This document shows, one piece after another, positions 19,373 through 28,824 of a stretch of DNA of 64,000 nt; position 1 is the stretch's first letter, and each line of letters starts with the position of its first letter. The stretch is taken from contig CACEWA010000004.1 in assembly GCA_902563095.1 (NCBI GenBank), positions 114 through 64,113 on the forward strand, given 5' to 3'. The notes under the pieces were generated by a model. That model was not told where the DNA came from, searched no databases, and saw only the letters and a program-made list of their open reading frames with translations. The DNA comes from an uncultured Candidatus Poseidoniales archaeon. Lineage in GTDB: Archaea; Thermoplasmatota; Poseidoniia; Poseidoniales; Poseidoniaceae. A program made the position numbers and the translations under genes.

Positions 19373-19600
19373 ATGGAGTGCAACATTGGAGCTAAGGGTA
19401 AAGCAGTACGATTGAGATTAGGGCTTATGGCACTAGCTGGTGCTCTTACTCTGGCCATAATCGTCCTAACTGGTTTTCTTGAAGGAACAATATGGTGGTT
19501 AGGCGTTGCTGGTGCAACCTTTGGAGGACTGTTCTCTATCTGGGAAGCAAGAACTGGTTGGTGTATTGTGCGTGCAATGGGATTCAAAACCCCATTATGA
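19373..19600 (+). CDS. DUF2892 (YgaP-like) small membrane protein
   Basis: NIGAKGKAVRLRLG N-terminus, two TM helices and a C-terminal TGWCIVRAMGFKT motif. I prefer it over the antisense ORF 19360-19587. Confidence 0.55.
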   Translation: MECNIGAKGKAVRLRLGLMALAGALTLAIIVLTGFLEGTIWWLGVAGATFGGLFSIWEARTGWCIVRAMGFKTPL

Positions 19601-19602
19601 TT

Positions 19603-20553
19603 TCATTCCCACTCAATAGTACCAGGTGGTTTGTGAGTTATATCGTAAACGACACGGTTTACTGCACCCTTCACAGTATTCGTGATTCTGGTACTAATCT
19701 TCGCAAGAACATCATGTGGAATTGTAGAATATCTTGCAGACATTCCGTCTAAGGATTGTACTGCTCTAACAACTACTGTTTCCCCATATGCTCGAACATC
19801 TCCATGAACACCCACAGACCTTACAGGAAGTAATGCAGCAAAATACTGCCAAGGAATCTCCATCTTACCTTCAGCCGCTGCAGCCTCTAGTTCTTCCTCA
19901 ACTATTGCACATGCTTCTCTAACAACATGTACTCTTTCCTTAGTCAACGGACCAAGGCAACGAACTGCTAAACCAGGGCCGGGGAAAGGTTGTCGGTCAG
20001 CGACACGAATCTTGAGTTCTCTTGCCAAATCTCTAACTTCGTCTTTGTACAAATCACGAAGTGGTTCAACAACTTCCAAAGTCATATCTTCTGGTAATCC
20101 ACCAACATTGTGATGGCTCTTGATAGTATCACGCACTCCACCTCCAGATTCAATCCAGTCTGGTGCGATAGTCCCTTGAACCAGATACTTAGCCCCGACT
20201 TTTTCTTGCTCTTCCTCAAAAATTCGGATGAATAGTTCTCCAATGATTTTGCGTTTCCGTTCTGGTTCAGTAACATCACCAAGTGCTTCGAAATATCGAT
20301 CTTCAGCGAATACGGTTGTCAAATTCAAACCATGTGCAGCCAACATTTCTTGGATTTCTTTTGTCTCATTTTTTCTCATCAGACCAGTGTCGACATATAC
20401 GCAGTGTAAGCGGTCTCCAATTGCTTGGTTTGCAATAACCGCTGCAACTGTAGAATCAACTCCACCACTACAAGCGATGATTGCAATATCGTCAATTTCA
20501 TCTTTCATTTTCTGAGCGGACTCTTCAATGAATGATGCTGAATCGAACATCAA
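19603..20553 (-). CDS. guaA: GMP synthase subunit B (ATP pyrophosphatase domain, archaeal split form)
   Basis: P-loop ACSGGVDSTVAA, and the C-terminus ends KPPGTIEWE. At 316 aa it has no glutaminase domain. Confidence 0.9.
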   Translation of the reverse strand: MMFDSASFIEESAQKMKDEIDDIAIIACSGGVDSTVAAVIANQAIGDRLHCVYVDTGLMRKNETKEIQEMLAAHGLNLTTVFAEDRYFEALGDVTEPERKRKIIGELFIRIFEEEQEKVGAKYLVQGTIAPDWIESGGGVRDTIKSHHNVGGLPEDMTLEVVEPLRDLYKDEVRDLARELKIRVADRQPFPGPGLAVRCLGPLTKERVHVVREACAIVEEELEAAAAEGKMEIPWQYFAALLPVRSVGVHGDVRAYGETVVVRAVQSLDGMSARYSTIPHDVLAKISTRITNTVKGAVNRVVYDITHKPPGTIEWE

Positions 20554-21032
20554 GCATCCCTACCGTTGACCTCAGCATCCATCTGCTTGACTCTCTCGAC
20601 TTGGTCAAGCTTATTTTGCTTCAGAGCAGCGGCATACTTTTCATTTCCAAGCGCAAGAATCTGTGTCGCAAGGTATCCCGCATTATCACCACGGTCGACA
20701 CCCACTGTTGCAGCAGGGACTCCTGGTGGTAATTGTGCAATTGAAAGCAGGCTGTCATAAGGCACTCTTCCGCCGCAAGGAACTCCAATTACAGGCTTTG
20801 TTGTAAGCGCAGCAACTGCGCCAGGAAGTGCTGCAGCAAGTCCTGCCATTGCGATGAACACAGTGCAACCATCTGCTTCAGCATCGTGAACAATTTGCTC
20901 TACGAAGGCAGGTGATCTGTGTGCGCTAGCAACACGTAGTTGATAGGACACATCGAATTGCTCGAGTATCTTTGTACACTTTTCAGCAACAGGCATATCG
21001 GATTTGGAACCAAGTAGTATAGTTACGTCCAT
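20550..21032 (-). CDS. purE: N5-carboxyaminoimidazole ribonucleotide mutase
   Basis: ILLGSKSDMPVAEK and AGLAAALPGAVAALT motifs. Its stop overlaps the guaA(B) start by 4 nt. Confidence 0.85.
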   Translation of the reverse strand: MDVTILLGSKSDMPVAEKCTKILEQFDVSYQLRVASAHRSPAFVEQIVHDAEADGCTVFIAMAGLAAALPGAVAALTTKPVIGVPCGGRVPYDSLLSIAQLPPGVPAATVGVDRGDNAGYLATQILALGNEKYAAALKQNKLDQVERVKQMDAEVNGRDA

Positions 21033-21100
21033 GACAGTTGCGCCATCGACGGTGGTTCATCAACGTACCGCGCTAAATCGAATTTCAAACTCCTCAGAAA

Positions 21101-21673
21101 TTATCCCGAAGATGTGATTTCATGGGCTCTTATTTGTGAAGCAATATGTGATTTGCTTTCAAATTCCCATAACCAATTGCCTTCGGCCAAAAGATGCCCT
21201 CCCGAAATAATGGAGACTGCTCTACTGTTTACCAATGTGCGGAATCTTCTGATGAAAGAAGGGATAATCCAAGCGGGGGTATCTTGTAAATTCCAAACAT
21301 CTTGGGGCCATTCTCGATTACGATTCAACAGCCGCCTAATCTTCCTTTTTTCATCATTTAACAAACTCAAAGCACGGGCTTCCAATTCGGGTTCTGGTTG
21401 TCGACCATAGAGATGTGTTGTCATGAATAAGTTGGCAAGAGTGATTCTTCCTTGTCTTGCGGCTATTCCTGCAGCACGTGGAATAATTCTGCCATGGCCC
21501 AAACAGTCTACTTCGACTAGAATTTCATATCTCCTCGCAAGGCGGTCACATGCAACATGACTTCTAACATCAAGTTGCTCTTGCCAAAGAAATGGTGCAA
21601 TCCAACGGCATTCTAAATCTGGATAAATATGACGAAGTATGAGGCCTCTTATGTCTAAAGGATAATCACGCAT
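21101..21673 (-). CDS. hypothetical protein (190 aa, basic, no motif recognised)
   Basis: Longest ORF in the region, in the same orientation as and between the flanking genes. I recognised no family. Confidence 0.45.
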   Translation of the reverse strand: MRDYPLDIRGLILRHIYPDLECRWIAPFLWQEQLDVRSHVACDRLARRYEILVEVDCLGHGRIIPRAAGIAARQGRITLANLFMTTHLYGRQPEPELEARALSLLNDEKRKIRRLLNRNREWPQDVWNLQDTPAWIIPSFIRRFRTLVNSRAVSIISGGHLLAEGNWLWEFESKSHIASQIRAHEITSSG

Positions 21674-21712
21674 GTCTTTGTATATACTAGATTAAGTAAG
21701 CAATTATTTTGC

Positions 21713-22246
21713 TCACTCTTCACTGAATGTGAAAGTAATAGGTGCATCGGCTTCCAACATGATTTCGTTATTCACTCTAACACCCCTCACTATGTTATTC
21801 CCAATACGGAAAAGTGGCCTTGCAGCCCATTTCTTGTGCATGTAAGTCGCCCCAGATATCTCGGGCAATGGTATTCTTGGGTCCCATGAACAGCGGTAAC
21901 TCTTACCTGAAAGTGCTGACAAGAATGATGCAGTACGGTAATTAATTGTCCACACAGTTAATGCAATTATTGCTTGAACAAATGCAGGAGGCTGAAAGAA
22001 TAAGGAAAATGCGGCAAATGGTGAAACCAGCAATACCAACATATCGACTCTGCCAGGCATAGAGGTTGCACCTCTCCATACCGCAAACAAAGAAAGCATG
22101 ATCCCCGCTGCCAAAAGGGAGGTGGCTAGAAGATTATCCGATTTGATGAAAAGGAGTAAGCCTGCTACAAGTGGAAGGAGTGACCATGCCATAGGAAAGA
22201 GCATCTTAGGCCCAGGGCCGACAATGTCCACTTCCGTCCACTCCAT
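21713..22246 (-). CDS. hypothetical membrane protein (about 4 TM helices plus a C-terminal soluble domain)
   Basis: Hydrophobic N-terminal 110 aa (LLPLVAGLLLFI, LLAAGIMLSLFAV, LVLLVSPFAAFSLFF, IIALTVWTI) followed by a ~65-aa soluble tail. Confidence 0.5.
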   Translation of the reverse strand: MEWTEVDIVGPGPKMLFPMAWSLLPLVAGLLLFIKSDNLLATSLLAAGIMLSLFAVWRGATSMPGRVDMLVLLVSPFAAFSLFFQPPAFVQAIIALTVWTINYRTASFLSALSGKSYRCSWDPRIPLPEISGATYMHKKWAARPLFRIGNNIVRGVRVNNEIMLEADAPITFTFSEE

Positions 22247-22296
22247 GTATTTGGCTGATAGCCATCAGCCTTGAAACATTTCATGAAATAAAGTCT

Positions 22297-23796
22297 TCAC
22301 TCATCAAAAGGGTATGATAGAGTCAGGTTCCGCGCTGCATACACTTCATCAACACGGCGTACTTTTGTCGTGACTGGTGCATTGTGTAGTACGTCTGGAT
22401 CTTCTTGTAGAACCTCAACAAATTTTTTCGCAAATTCATCAAGAGTTTCCTTAGATTCAGTCTCAGTCGGTTCAACCATCATACATTCAGGAACAATGAG
22501 CGGGAAGTAAACCGTTGGGGCCATATATCCCATGTCAAGTAATCCCTTGGCAATATCCATAGCACCTATTCCACATTCTTCCTTCATCGGAGCCATTGAA
22601 ATCGTAAATTCGTGCTTCACAACATCAACGGGTGCACCATCGGCAAACAGGTGTCTAACTCCTATTTTCTCAGCTTCTTCAATGATTTTGTGACGTAGAT
22701 AGTTTGCATTTAGAACAGCGTGTTCGGACATGGTCTTGAGTTCTCGACCATAACGTCTGTAGTACGCCCAACAACGAACCACAGCACCACTATTTCCGTG
22801 CCATTGCTGAACCTTACCGATGCTATTTTCTGGTTGATGCCAATGGTACCACCATTCTTTATTTACAGAAGTAAGTTGATCTCCTGCTAATATTGGCCTC
22901 CTCTTTACCACAGGACCTGGCAAGAATTTTGCCAAATGCGATTTTACACCAATCGGACCAGAACCTGGTCCTCCACCTCCATGTGGTTGACTGAATGTTT
23001 TGTGAAGATTATAATGCACTGCATCAAAGCCCATCAAACCTGGTGAAGTCCTTCCCAGAATTGCGTTGAAGTTGGCTCCGTCGTAATACATCTGTCCTCC
23101 AGCCTCATGAACAATGTCTGCAGCCTGTGCAATTTCTGGTTCAAACACACCTAGTGTACTTGGATTAGTTATCATCATTGCAGCCGTATCATCTCCCACT
23201 ACTGCGCGCAATGCATCTAGGTCTATACGCCCATCTTCCCGACTAGGAATTTCAATGATTTCGAATCCTGCCATCGCTGCACTAGCTGGATTTGTTCCGT
23301 GTGCAGAATCCGGTACGATAACCTTGGTTCTACCCAATTCCCCACGGCCTCTGAAATACTCTTGAATACAACGGATCGCAGTAAATTCTCCTTGAGCACC
23401 CGCTACAGGTTGCAGGGTAACTGCATCCATTCCTGCACATATTCCTAGCATATCTTGCATCTCGTGGAAAATTGCTAATGTCCCTTGAATTTGGTGCTCA
23501 GGTTGTAGTGGATGTATATCTGCAATTCCGGGTAGTTGTGCAATTACTTCATTGATTCTTGGATTATGTTTCATCGTGCAAGAACCGAGTGGATAAAACC
23601 CTGTATCTATACCAAAATTTCTTGTCGATAGCCAAGTGTAATGTCGAACCATTTCCGGCTCCGATAGACGCGGCCATCGTGGCAATTTCGCTCTTACTAG
23701 AGAAGAAGGAATCTGAAGATTATCAACTGGCGCTACCGGGTCTGGTTGCGAGTATCCTTTTCCATCCGCGCCCTCGTGTTCAAACAAATGACTCAT
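22297..23796 (-). CDS. gcvPB: glycine dehydrogenase (decarboxylating) subunit 2
   Basis: YPLGSCTMKHNP and the PLP-lysine region NLHKTFSQPHGGGGPG. I set the start at MSHLFEHEG (23796), which overlaps the gcvPA stop by 4 nt. Confidence 0.9.
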   Translation of the reverse strand: MSHLFEHEGADGKGYSQPDPVAPVDNLQIPSSLVRAKLPRWPRLSEPEMVRHYTWLSTRNFGIDTGFYPLGSCTMKHNPRINEVIAQLPGIADIHPLQPEHQIQGTLAIFHEMQDMLGICAGMDAVTLQPVAGAQGEFTAIRCIQEYFRGRGELGRTKVIVPDSAHGTNPASAAMAGFEIIEIPSREDGRIDLDALRAVVGDDTAAMMITNPSTLGVFEPEIAQAADIVHEAGGQMYYDGANFNAILGRTSPGLMGFDAVHYNLHKTFSQPHGGGGPGSGPIGVKSHLAKFLPGPVVKRRPILAGDQLTSVNKEWWYHWHQPENSIGKVQQWHGNSGAVVRCWAYYRRYGRELKTMSEHAVLNANYLRHKIIEEAEKIGVRHLFADGAPVDVVKHEFTISMAPMKEECGIGAMDIAKGLLDMGYMAPTVYFPLIVPECMMVEPTETESKETLDEFAKKFVEVLQEDPDVLHNAPVTTKVRRVDEVYAARNLTLSYPFDE

Positions 23797-25175
23797 GCAC
23801 TCACCCCCTGAACCAAAGATGCTGACCACACAGCAAGATGTGCTGCTAGTAATTCGATTTCAGTTGCCTTGGTTTGATCGCTGAACGATACCAACAACCA
23901 ATTCTTTCTCTCAGGGTACCATGCAGATAAATCGAAACCTCCAATCAAACCTTGAGTGTCCAAATATGCAATACATTCTGCCGCACTACCGGGTAGTTCT
24001 ACTACAAATTCATTGAAGTGTGAATTATTGCGGTGTGGAATCGCAATCGTCGAAATCTCAGACAATTTTTGCTTAGCTAGTTGACAAGCAGCCATATTCC
24101 TTTGCGCCAATTTTTCTAGTCCTTCTGGCCCGAGTAATGACATGTGCATCGCTCCCATAAGTGCAATCAATGTTTCATTGGTACAAATGTTCGAAGTCGC
24201 TCTATGACGTCTAATGTGCTGTTCTCTTGTAGAGAGTGTCAGGCAAAATGCCTCTTTGTCGTCAACATCGATTGAGCGACCTACGATTCTTCCCGGCATT
24301 TGCCTCAAGTATGTCTTGGTACAGGCGAAGATTCCATACAAAGGCCCTCCATATGTAATTGGAGAACCGAGTGCTTGGCCCTCACCGACCACAATATCTG
24401 CATTGTAATTACCAGGTGCCTCGATGACACCAAGGCTAACCGGTGCAACACCAACAACAAATGCAGTATTTTCACCAATTATTTCCTTAACACGAGTTAG
24501 ACCGCCATCCAATATGCCCAATGGATTAGGCTGTTCAACGTATATTCCACATGAACCTGCAGCCTGTGAGAGTGAGTCGAGATTTAGAGTTCCATCAGAA
24601 TTATGGTGTAGAGTCTTGACCTCAATACCTCCACCTTGAGTATAGTTGTGAATAACAGACCTCCTTGATGGAGGAACCAATTCACTGACATAGACTGTAT
24701 CCTTTTGCTCAGCCTTTCTGTTGTGTACCCTGACCGCACATGTAAGTGCCTCAGCCGCTGCTGTAGAACCATCATAAACCGATAGGTTTGCAACTTCAAG
24801 CCCAACTAATTCGCTAATCAATGTCTGAAACTCCCACATGGCCTGGAGCATACCTTGGCTTACTTCAGGTTGGTAAGGAGTATACGAAGTTAGGAATTCT
24901 CCTCTCGTAACCAACTGGAAAACACTCGCTGGAACATAGTTCCGGTTAAGACCTGCTCCGAGGAAATTTACCCGGTCTCCGAGTGCCACATTAGCGCCTA
25001 ACAATCGACGTGCATCAGAAATTATTTCCTCTTCGGATTGAGGAGGAGGTAAGGGTAGTTCTTCTGTCATTCTGACGGCTTCAGGAATATCTGCAAATAA
25101 GTCGTCAATCGATGACATTCCCATCGCATCTAGCATCTCTTTTTCGCGGCCCAAATTCGGTAATTGGTCGACCAT
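23793..25175 (-). CDS. gcvPA: glycine dehydrogenase (decarboxylating) subunit 1
   Basis: EMLDAMGMSSIDDLFADIP N-terminus and SYTPYQPEVSQG motif. The start is probably MVDQLP (25175), whereas the track ORF extends to 25214. Confidence 0.9.
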   Translation of the reverse strand: MVDQLPNLGREKEMLDAMGMSSIDDLFADIPEAVRMTEELPLPPPQSEEEIISDARRLLGANVALGDRVNFLGAGLNRNYVPASVFQLVTRGEFLTSYTPYQPEVSQGMLQAMWEFQTLISELVGLEVANLSVYDGSTAAAEALTCAVRVHNRKAEQKDTVYVSELVPPSRRSVIHNYTQGGGIEVKTLHHNSDGTLNLDSLSQAAGSCGIYVEQPNPLGILDGGLTRVKEIIGENTAFVVGVAPVSLGVIEAPGNYNADIVVGEGQALGSPITYGGPLYGIFACTKTYLRQMPGRIVGRSIDVDDKEAFCLTLSTREQHIRRHRATSNICTNETLIALMGAMHMSLLGPEGLEKLAQRNMAACQLAKQKLSEISTIAIPHRNNSHFNEFVVELPGSAAECIAYLDTQGLIGGFDLSAWYPERKNWLLVSFSDQTKATEIELLAAHLAVWSASLVQGVSA

Positions 25176-25238
25176 ATGGTAGCCCCCGAGTGTGTCGTAA
25201 CGCGGAACCAACATGAATGTTGGTTTAGTAGCAAAGCA

Positions 25239-28200
25239 CTAATCTTGCCACTTTGTCCATGAACCATCGGCATTTTGGTACCAATTTTCACCGTTGTTAG
25301 CCCTGAACCAAACAGTTCCTTCTTCATCAGGATCAAGGTAATCACCACCGGGTAAATCTTCCCAAGATCCAACGGTGATTTCACCATCTGATTCTACTGT
25401 ATCTTCATCTTGAGGTTCATTGGATTCCTCTGAAGTTTCTTCAGATTCCGCCATTGGGGTAGAGTTCGGGGCACCAGGAGGTGGCAAATCTGTGAGAGAT
25501 TTGGGACCTGCACGCTTCTTCTTCGGCTGAGGTTTCTTTTTGAGCATGACAACAATAACTCCAACCAAAGCTAGAACCACGACACCTCCAATGATTCCGA
25601 CTAACGTCATAGTCCCCATACCTTCATCTTCACCAGATGCTGATGAATCATCACTGGTACTTTGGCCACCATCACTCGGCTCAGTTAGTAAGCACCCAGG
25701 ATAATTTACATCGTCATCGAAACGACCATCCGGTGCGACCAAAGGACACATGTCTGCTGAAGTTGCATCCTGTACAAAGATACCCGGCCATTCATCTTCT
25801 CGAGAATCGTTCCACTCAGGGTCGCCCCAGTTATCTCCAAATCCATCGTTATCTGTGTCAAACCATTGCGTTGGATCGATTGGGAACAAGTCAGGTCCAT
25901 AGCCAAGTGATTCCCACTTGTCGTATGTCCAGAATGCATCTGGGTCTGAATATCCATCCCCATCTATGTCAGGGCAACCGAATCGATCTATTGTCGAAGT
26001 GCCAGCATCATTAGTACAGAAGTCGACATTAACTCCTTCGAAATTATCACCGTATCCATCTCCATCCGCATCAGCCCATTGACTTGGTTCGTCAACGAAT
26101 GCATCAGCACCTTGAGCAACGCTCCAAGCTAGTTCTGGGTCAGAGTATCCATCGCCATCAGAATCAATACAACCAGTTCTATCAGCACTGGAGTTACCAA
26201 AGAAGAATGGGCAATCGTCGGGGTTGTTTCCTGCTGGGTTATCCCCATATCCATCAGCATCACCATCACTCCACTGTGTTTCATCTTGGAAGAATGCATC
26301 AGCAGCATCTGCCCAACCATCATCATCGAAATCAGGGCAACCCTTCATTCCGCCCTGTGTAGCAGTACCTTCTTGCAGAGGGCAGAAATCGATTATGTCT
26401 GAGAAACCATCATTATCGTCATCAGTATCTTCGCGCTGGTCGATACAACCATCACCATCGTTATCATTGGTTGAGTTCTTTCTCCAATTTGTGATTCCGT
26501 TCTTACACAAGTCAACTTCATTGATTACGCTATCATTGTCGTTATCGTTGTCTTCGTTATCATTTCGGCAGCCATCGCCATCACGGTCATTGGATTGTGA
26601 AGAATTCCAGCCTACCTCTCCTCTTGGACAATTATCGTATTCGTCGAAAATTCCATCGTTATCGTCGTCAGGATCTTCATTGGAGTTTTCATCTTCACAT
26701 CCATCGCTGTCTTTGTCTGTCTGTACCGCTGAAGTCCAATTCTTTGCTCCCTGTTGGCAGTCATCGATCAGGTCATCGATTCCATCACCATCGTCATCAC
26801 CATCACAAACGTCACCGATTCCATCGTCTTCGTAATCTTCTTGCAATGGATTTACAATAAACTGACAATTGTCATCCACATCTAATATTGAATCACCATC
26901 GTCGTCAGTATCTTCGTCGATATCTCTGCACCCGTCGCCATCGAGGTCACTGGAATTGTCGACAACCCAATCCAGGACTCCAGATGGACAGTTGTCATCA
27001 CCATCTAGAATACCGTCATTATCGTCATCATTGTCCTCTTCGATATCTTTGCAACCATCTTCATCATGGTCAAGTGAGGTGTTTGATTGATTCCAATTCA
27101 TAAATCCATATTGGCAATCATCAAGCACATCGTGGAGTCCGTCATTGTCATCGTCAGTATCACAAGCATCTCCTTTGATGTCAGAGTCAAAATTACTTTG
27201 ATTTGAATTCGCAGTGTTTAGGCAGTTGTCTGTATAATCAGTAATGCCGTCATCGTCCTTGTCGTGCTGGAAAACCCAAACGAATATATCTTGGTCTGTA
27301 GCACTTCTAGGAGTGTCTCCAAACCATACTGTCCCGCTGAAATCTCCTCCTGAGACTATCGTTCCATCATCCATTGCAAGTAAAGCACCTACAGTATCAT
27401 TACCGGCGCCACCAATACTCATCGACCATTGGTAGTCGGAGTTATTGTCAACCTGTGCCATGAATCCATCGAAGTAAACGGTTGAACTATTCTTCTGAAG
27501 AGTGTTAGAACCAAACTTCATCACATCTCCGTGCCAACCACCAAATTGGACTTGACCCTTAGGGTTTACAGAGAGTGATTGGATTCTGTCATCACCGTTT
27601 CCACCAGCATTGTAGTCCCATATCTGTGTACCATTAGCATCATAGCGCAACAATAGAACATCCCAACTACCCTGGCCTCCAACTGATGCACCACTCTGTT
27701 TTTTGTAATTCATTAGATAGTTGCCACCGACTACCACTCCACCATCAGGATGGATGACGACATTGTTGAAATAAACGCCACAATTAGTTCCGAAGCATTG
27801 TGTCCCTCCAGTATTTTGTCCCCAAATGAAACTTCCTGAATCTGAGTACTTAACCAAGAAACCAGCATAAGTCGATTGTGGGTTTGAAATGAATGTTCCA
27901 CCCCATTCTTCATTGCCAGTATTGTATCCAACGACGTAAGCTGAATTTGTACTTGTTTCTACTACTACTTGATAAGCAACTGAAACTCCATCACCATACG
28001 AGTTTTTAGCCCAATCCCACTGCTCTGCACTAATATTGTAGTATGCAAGGAAGAATCGCGGGTTCTCTGATCCAGCATCATCGTTCAATTGAGTTGCATC
28101 AAATTCTGTAAAGTTCTGGTAGTATCCTGTAACGTACAAGTTGTCATGATTGTCAGCAGCTAAATCCCATCCTACATCCACATCGAATCCGCCGAATTTC

Positions 28201-28772
28201 ATAGCCCAGTCCCATTGACCAGTGGCATTTACTCGTGCAATCCATCCATCGAAACCAGTTGTGTAAACTGTAGTATTTCCAAAGTTAACTTCTCCTTGGA
28301 AGTAACCCGTTCCATACACATTATCATTAGAATCGATTGTCACTCCTCTACATTCGTCATAGTAGAGTGCGGTACCTGCTGAAACTGCCCATTCCCAAAC
28401 ACCATCTTTTGATAACTTGGCGATTAGAATATCTCCTTCACCTTCGGTGTAAACCTGAATTGCTCCGAATTGAGATGCTTGGTAGATTGTACCGCAAATA
28501 ATGATGTCACCCTGTGAATCAAAAATCATTTCATATATCTCATCGTTACTTTGAGAACCGCCCGCTGTAGACCAATTTGTATTTGTTCCACGAGCCATAC
28601 CTGCTGCATTTAGGGCATTGATTTGTTCTAGTGTCATCTCGGAATCATCGATTAATCTAGAGTCTACGATTGACTCGCCATCTCTCTCCACAATTATTGG
28701 GGAATCAGAAATTGCTGGAACTATCGAAAGTAGAAAACAGGCAAGAATTCCGACGGCTAAGGTGCGGCGCAT
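25239..28772 (-). CDS. large surface-anchored protein: beta-propeller-type repeats + thrombospondin type-3-like acidic Ca-binding repeats + C-terminal TM anchor
   Basis: 1177-aa ORF with signal/anchor MRRTLAVGILACFLLSIVPAISD. The N-terminal half has repeated ...D..(D/G)N(V/L)Y(G/V)TGY... strands (SBBP-like). About 6 copies of a ~45-aa Cys-containing acidic repeat follow (DDDNDGxxDxxDxCPxG..W......DxDGDGCxD..ED), then DADGDGYGDN / DSDGDGYSDP repeats. The TM helix LVGIIGGVVVLALVGVIVVML and a ~100-aa acidic tail end in WFRANNGENWYQNADGSWTKWQD. Confidence 0.75.
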   Translation of the reverse strand: MRRTLAVGILACFLLSIVPAISDSPIIVERDGESIVDSRLIDDSEMTLEQINALNAAGMARGTNTNWSTAGGSQSNDEIYEMIFDSQGDIIICGTIYQASQFGAIQVYTEGEGDILIAKLSKDGVWEWAVSAGTALYYDECRGVTIDSNDNVYGTGYFQGEVNFGNTTVYTTGFDGWIARVNATGQWDWAMKFGGFDVDVGWDLAADNHDNLYVTGYYQNFTEFDATQLNDDAGSENPRFFLAYYNISAEQWDWAKNSYGDGVSVAYQVVVETSTNSAYVVGYNTGNEEWGGTFISNPQSTYAGFLVKYSDSGSFIWGQNTGGTQCFGTNCGVYFNNVVIHPDGGVVVGGNYLMNYKKQSGASVGGQGSWDVLLLRYDANGTQIWDYNAGGNGDDRIQSLSVNPKGQVQFGGWHGDVMKFGSNTLQKNSSTVYFDGFMAQVDNNSDYQWSMSIGGAGNDTVGALLAMDDGTIVSGGDFSGTVWFGDTPRSATDQDIFVWVFQHDKDDDGITDYTDNCLNTANSNQSNFDSDIKGDACDTDDDNDGLHDVLDDCQYGFMNWNQSNTSLDHDEDGCKDIEEDNDDDNDGILDGDDNCPSGVLDWVVDNSSDLDGDGCRDIDEDTDDDGDSILDVDDNCQFIVNPLQEDYEDDGIGDVCDGDDDGDGIDDLIDDCQQGAKNWTSAVQTDKDSDGCEDENSNEDPDDDNDGIFDEYDNCPRGEVGWNSSQSNDRDGDGCRNDNEDNDNDNDSVINEVDLCKNGITNWRKNSTNDNDGDGCIDQREDTDDDNDGFSDIIDFCPLQEGTATQGGMKGCPDFDDDGWADAADAFFQDETQWSDGDADGYGDNPAGNNPDDCPFFFGNSSADRTGCIDSDGDGYSDPELAWSVAQGADAFVDEPSQWADADGDGYGDNFEGVNVDFCTNDAGTSTIDRFGCPDIDGDGYSDPDAFWTYDKWESLGYGPDLFPIDPTQWFDTDNDGFGDNWGDPEWNDSREDEWPGIFVQDATSADMCPLVAPDGRFDDDVNYPGCLLTEPSDGGQSTSDDSSASGEDEGMGTMTLVGIIGGVVVLALVGVIVVMLKKKPQPKKKRAGPKSLTDLPPPGAPNSTPMAESEETSEESNEPQDEDTVESDGEITVGSWEDLPGGDYLDPDEEGTVWFRANNGENWYQNADGSWTKWQD
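25890..27260 (-). repeat. in-frame tandem acidic (Asp-rich, Cys-containing) calcium-binding-type repeats
   Basis: GAT/GAC-rich periodic coding sequence. This composition generates the long Ser/His-rich antisense ORFs seen in the track on the + strand (26224-26835, 26597-26860, 26869-27090). Confidence 0.7.
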
Positions 28773-28824
28773 ATCATACCCTAGCGGTAATCCCTCATCA
28801 AAGCAACGCCCCTAAGGGGCGTTA

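Noticed and set aside
19360-19587. 75-aa minus-strand ORF overlapping the DUF2892 gene
   Set aside because: The + strand product has the DUF2892 N-terminal NIG..R..R..G and C-terminal GWC motifs with two TM helices, and it follows crtB with a 9-nt spacer. The minus-strand product is Pro/Ala-rich with no features.
26084-27435. Cluster of + strand ORFs (for example 26224-26835, 203 aa, Ser-rich; His-rich 26597-26860), and the periodic DNA considered as a possible CRISPR or tandem-repeat array
   Set aside because: They are reverse-frame artefacts of GAT/GAC/GGT-rich acidic repeat coding sequence on the minus strand. The periodicity is protein-repeat periodicity with diverged units, not identical direct repeats separated by spacers.
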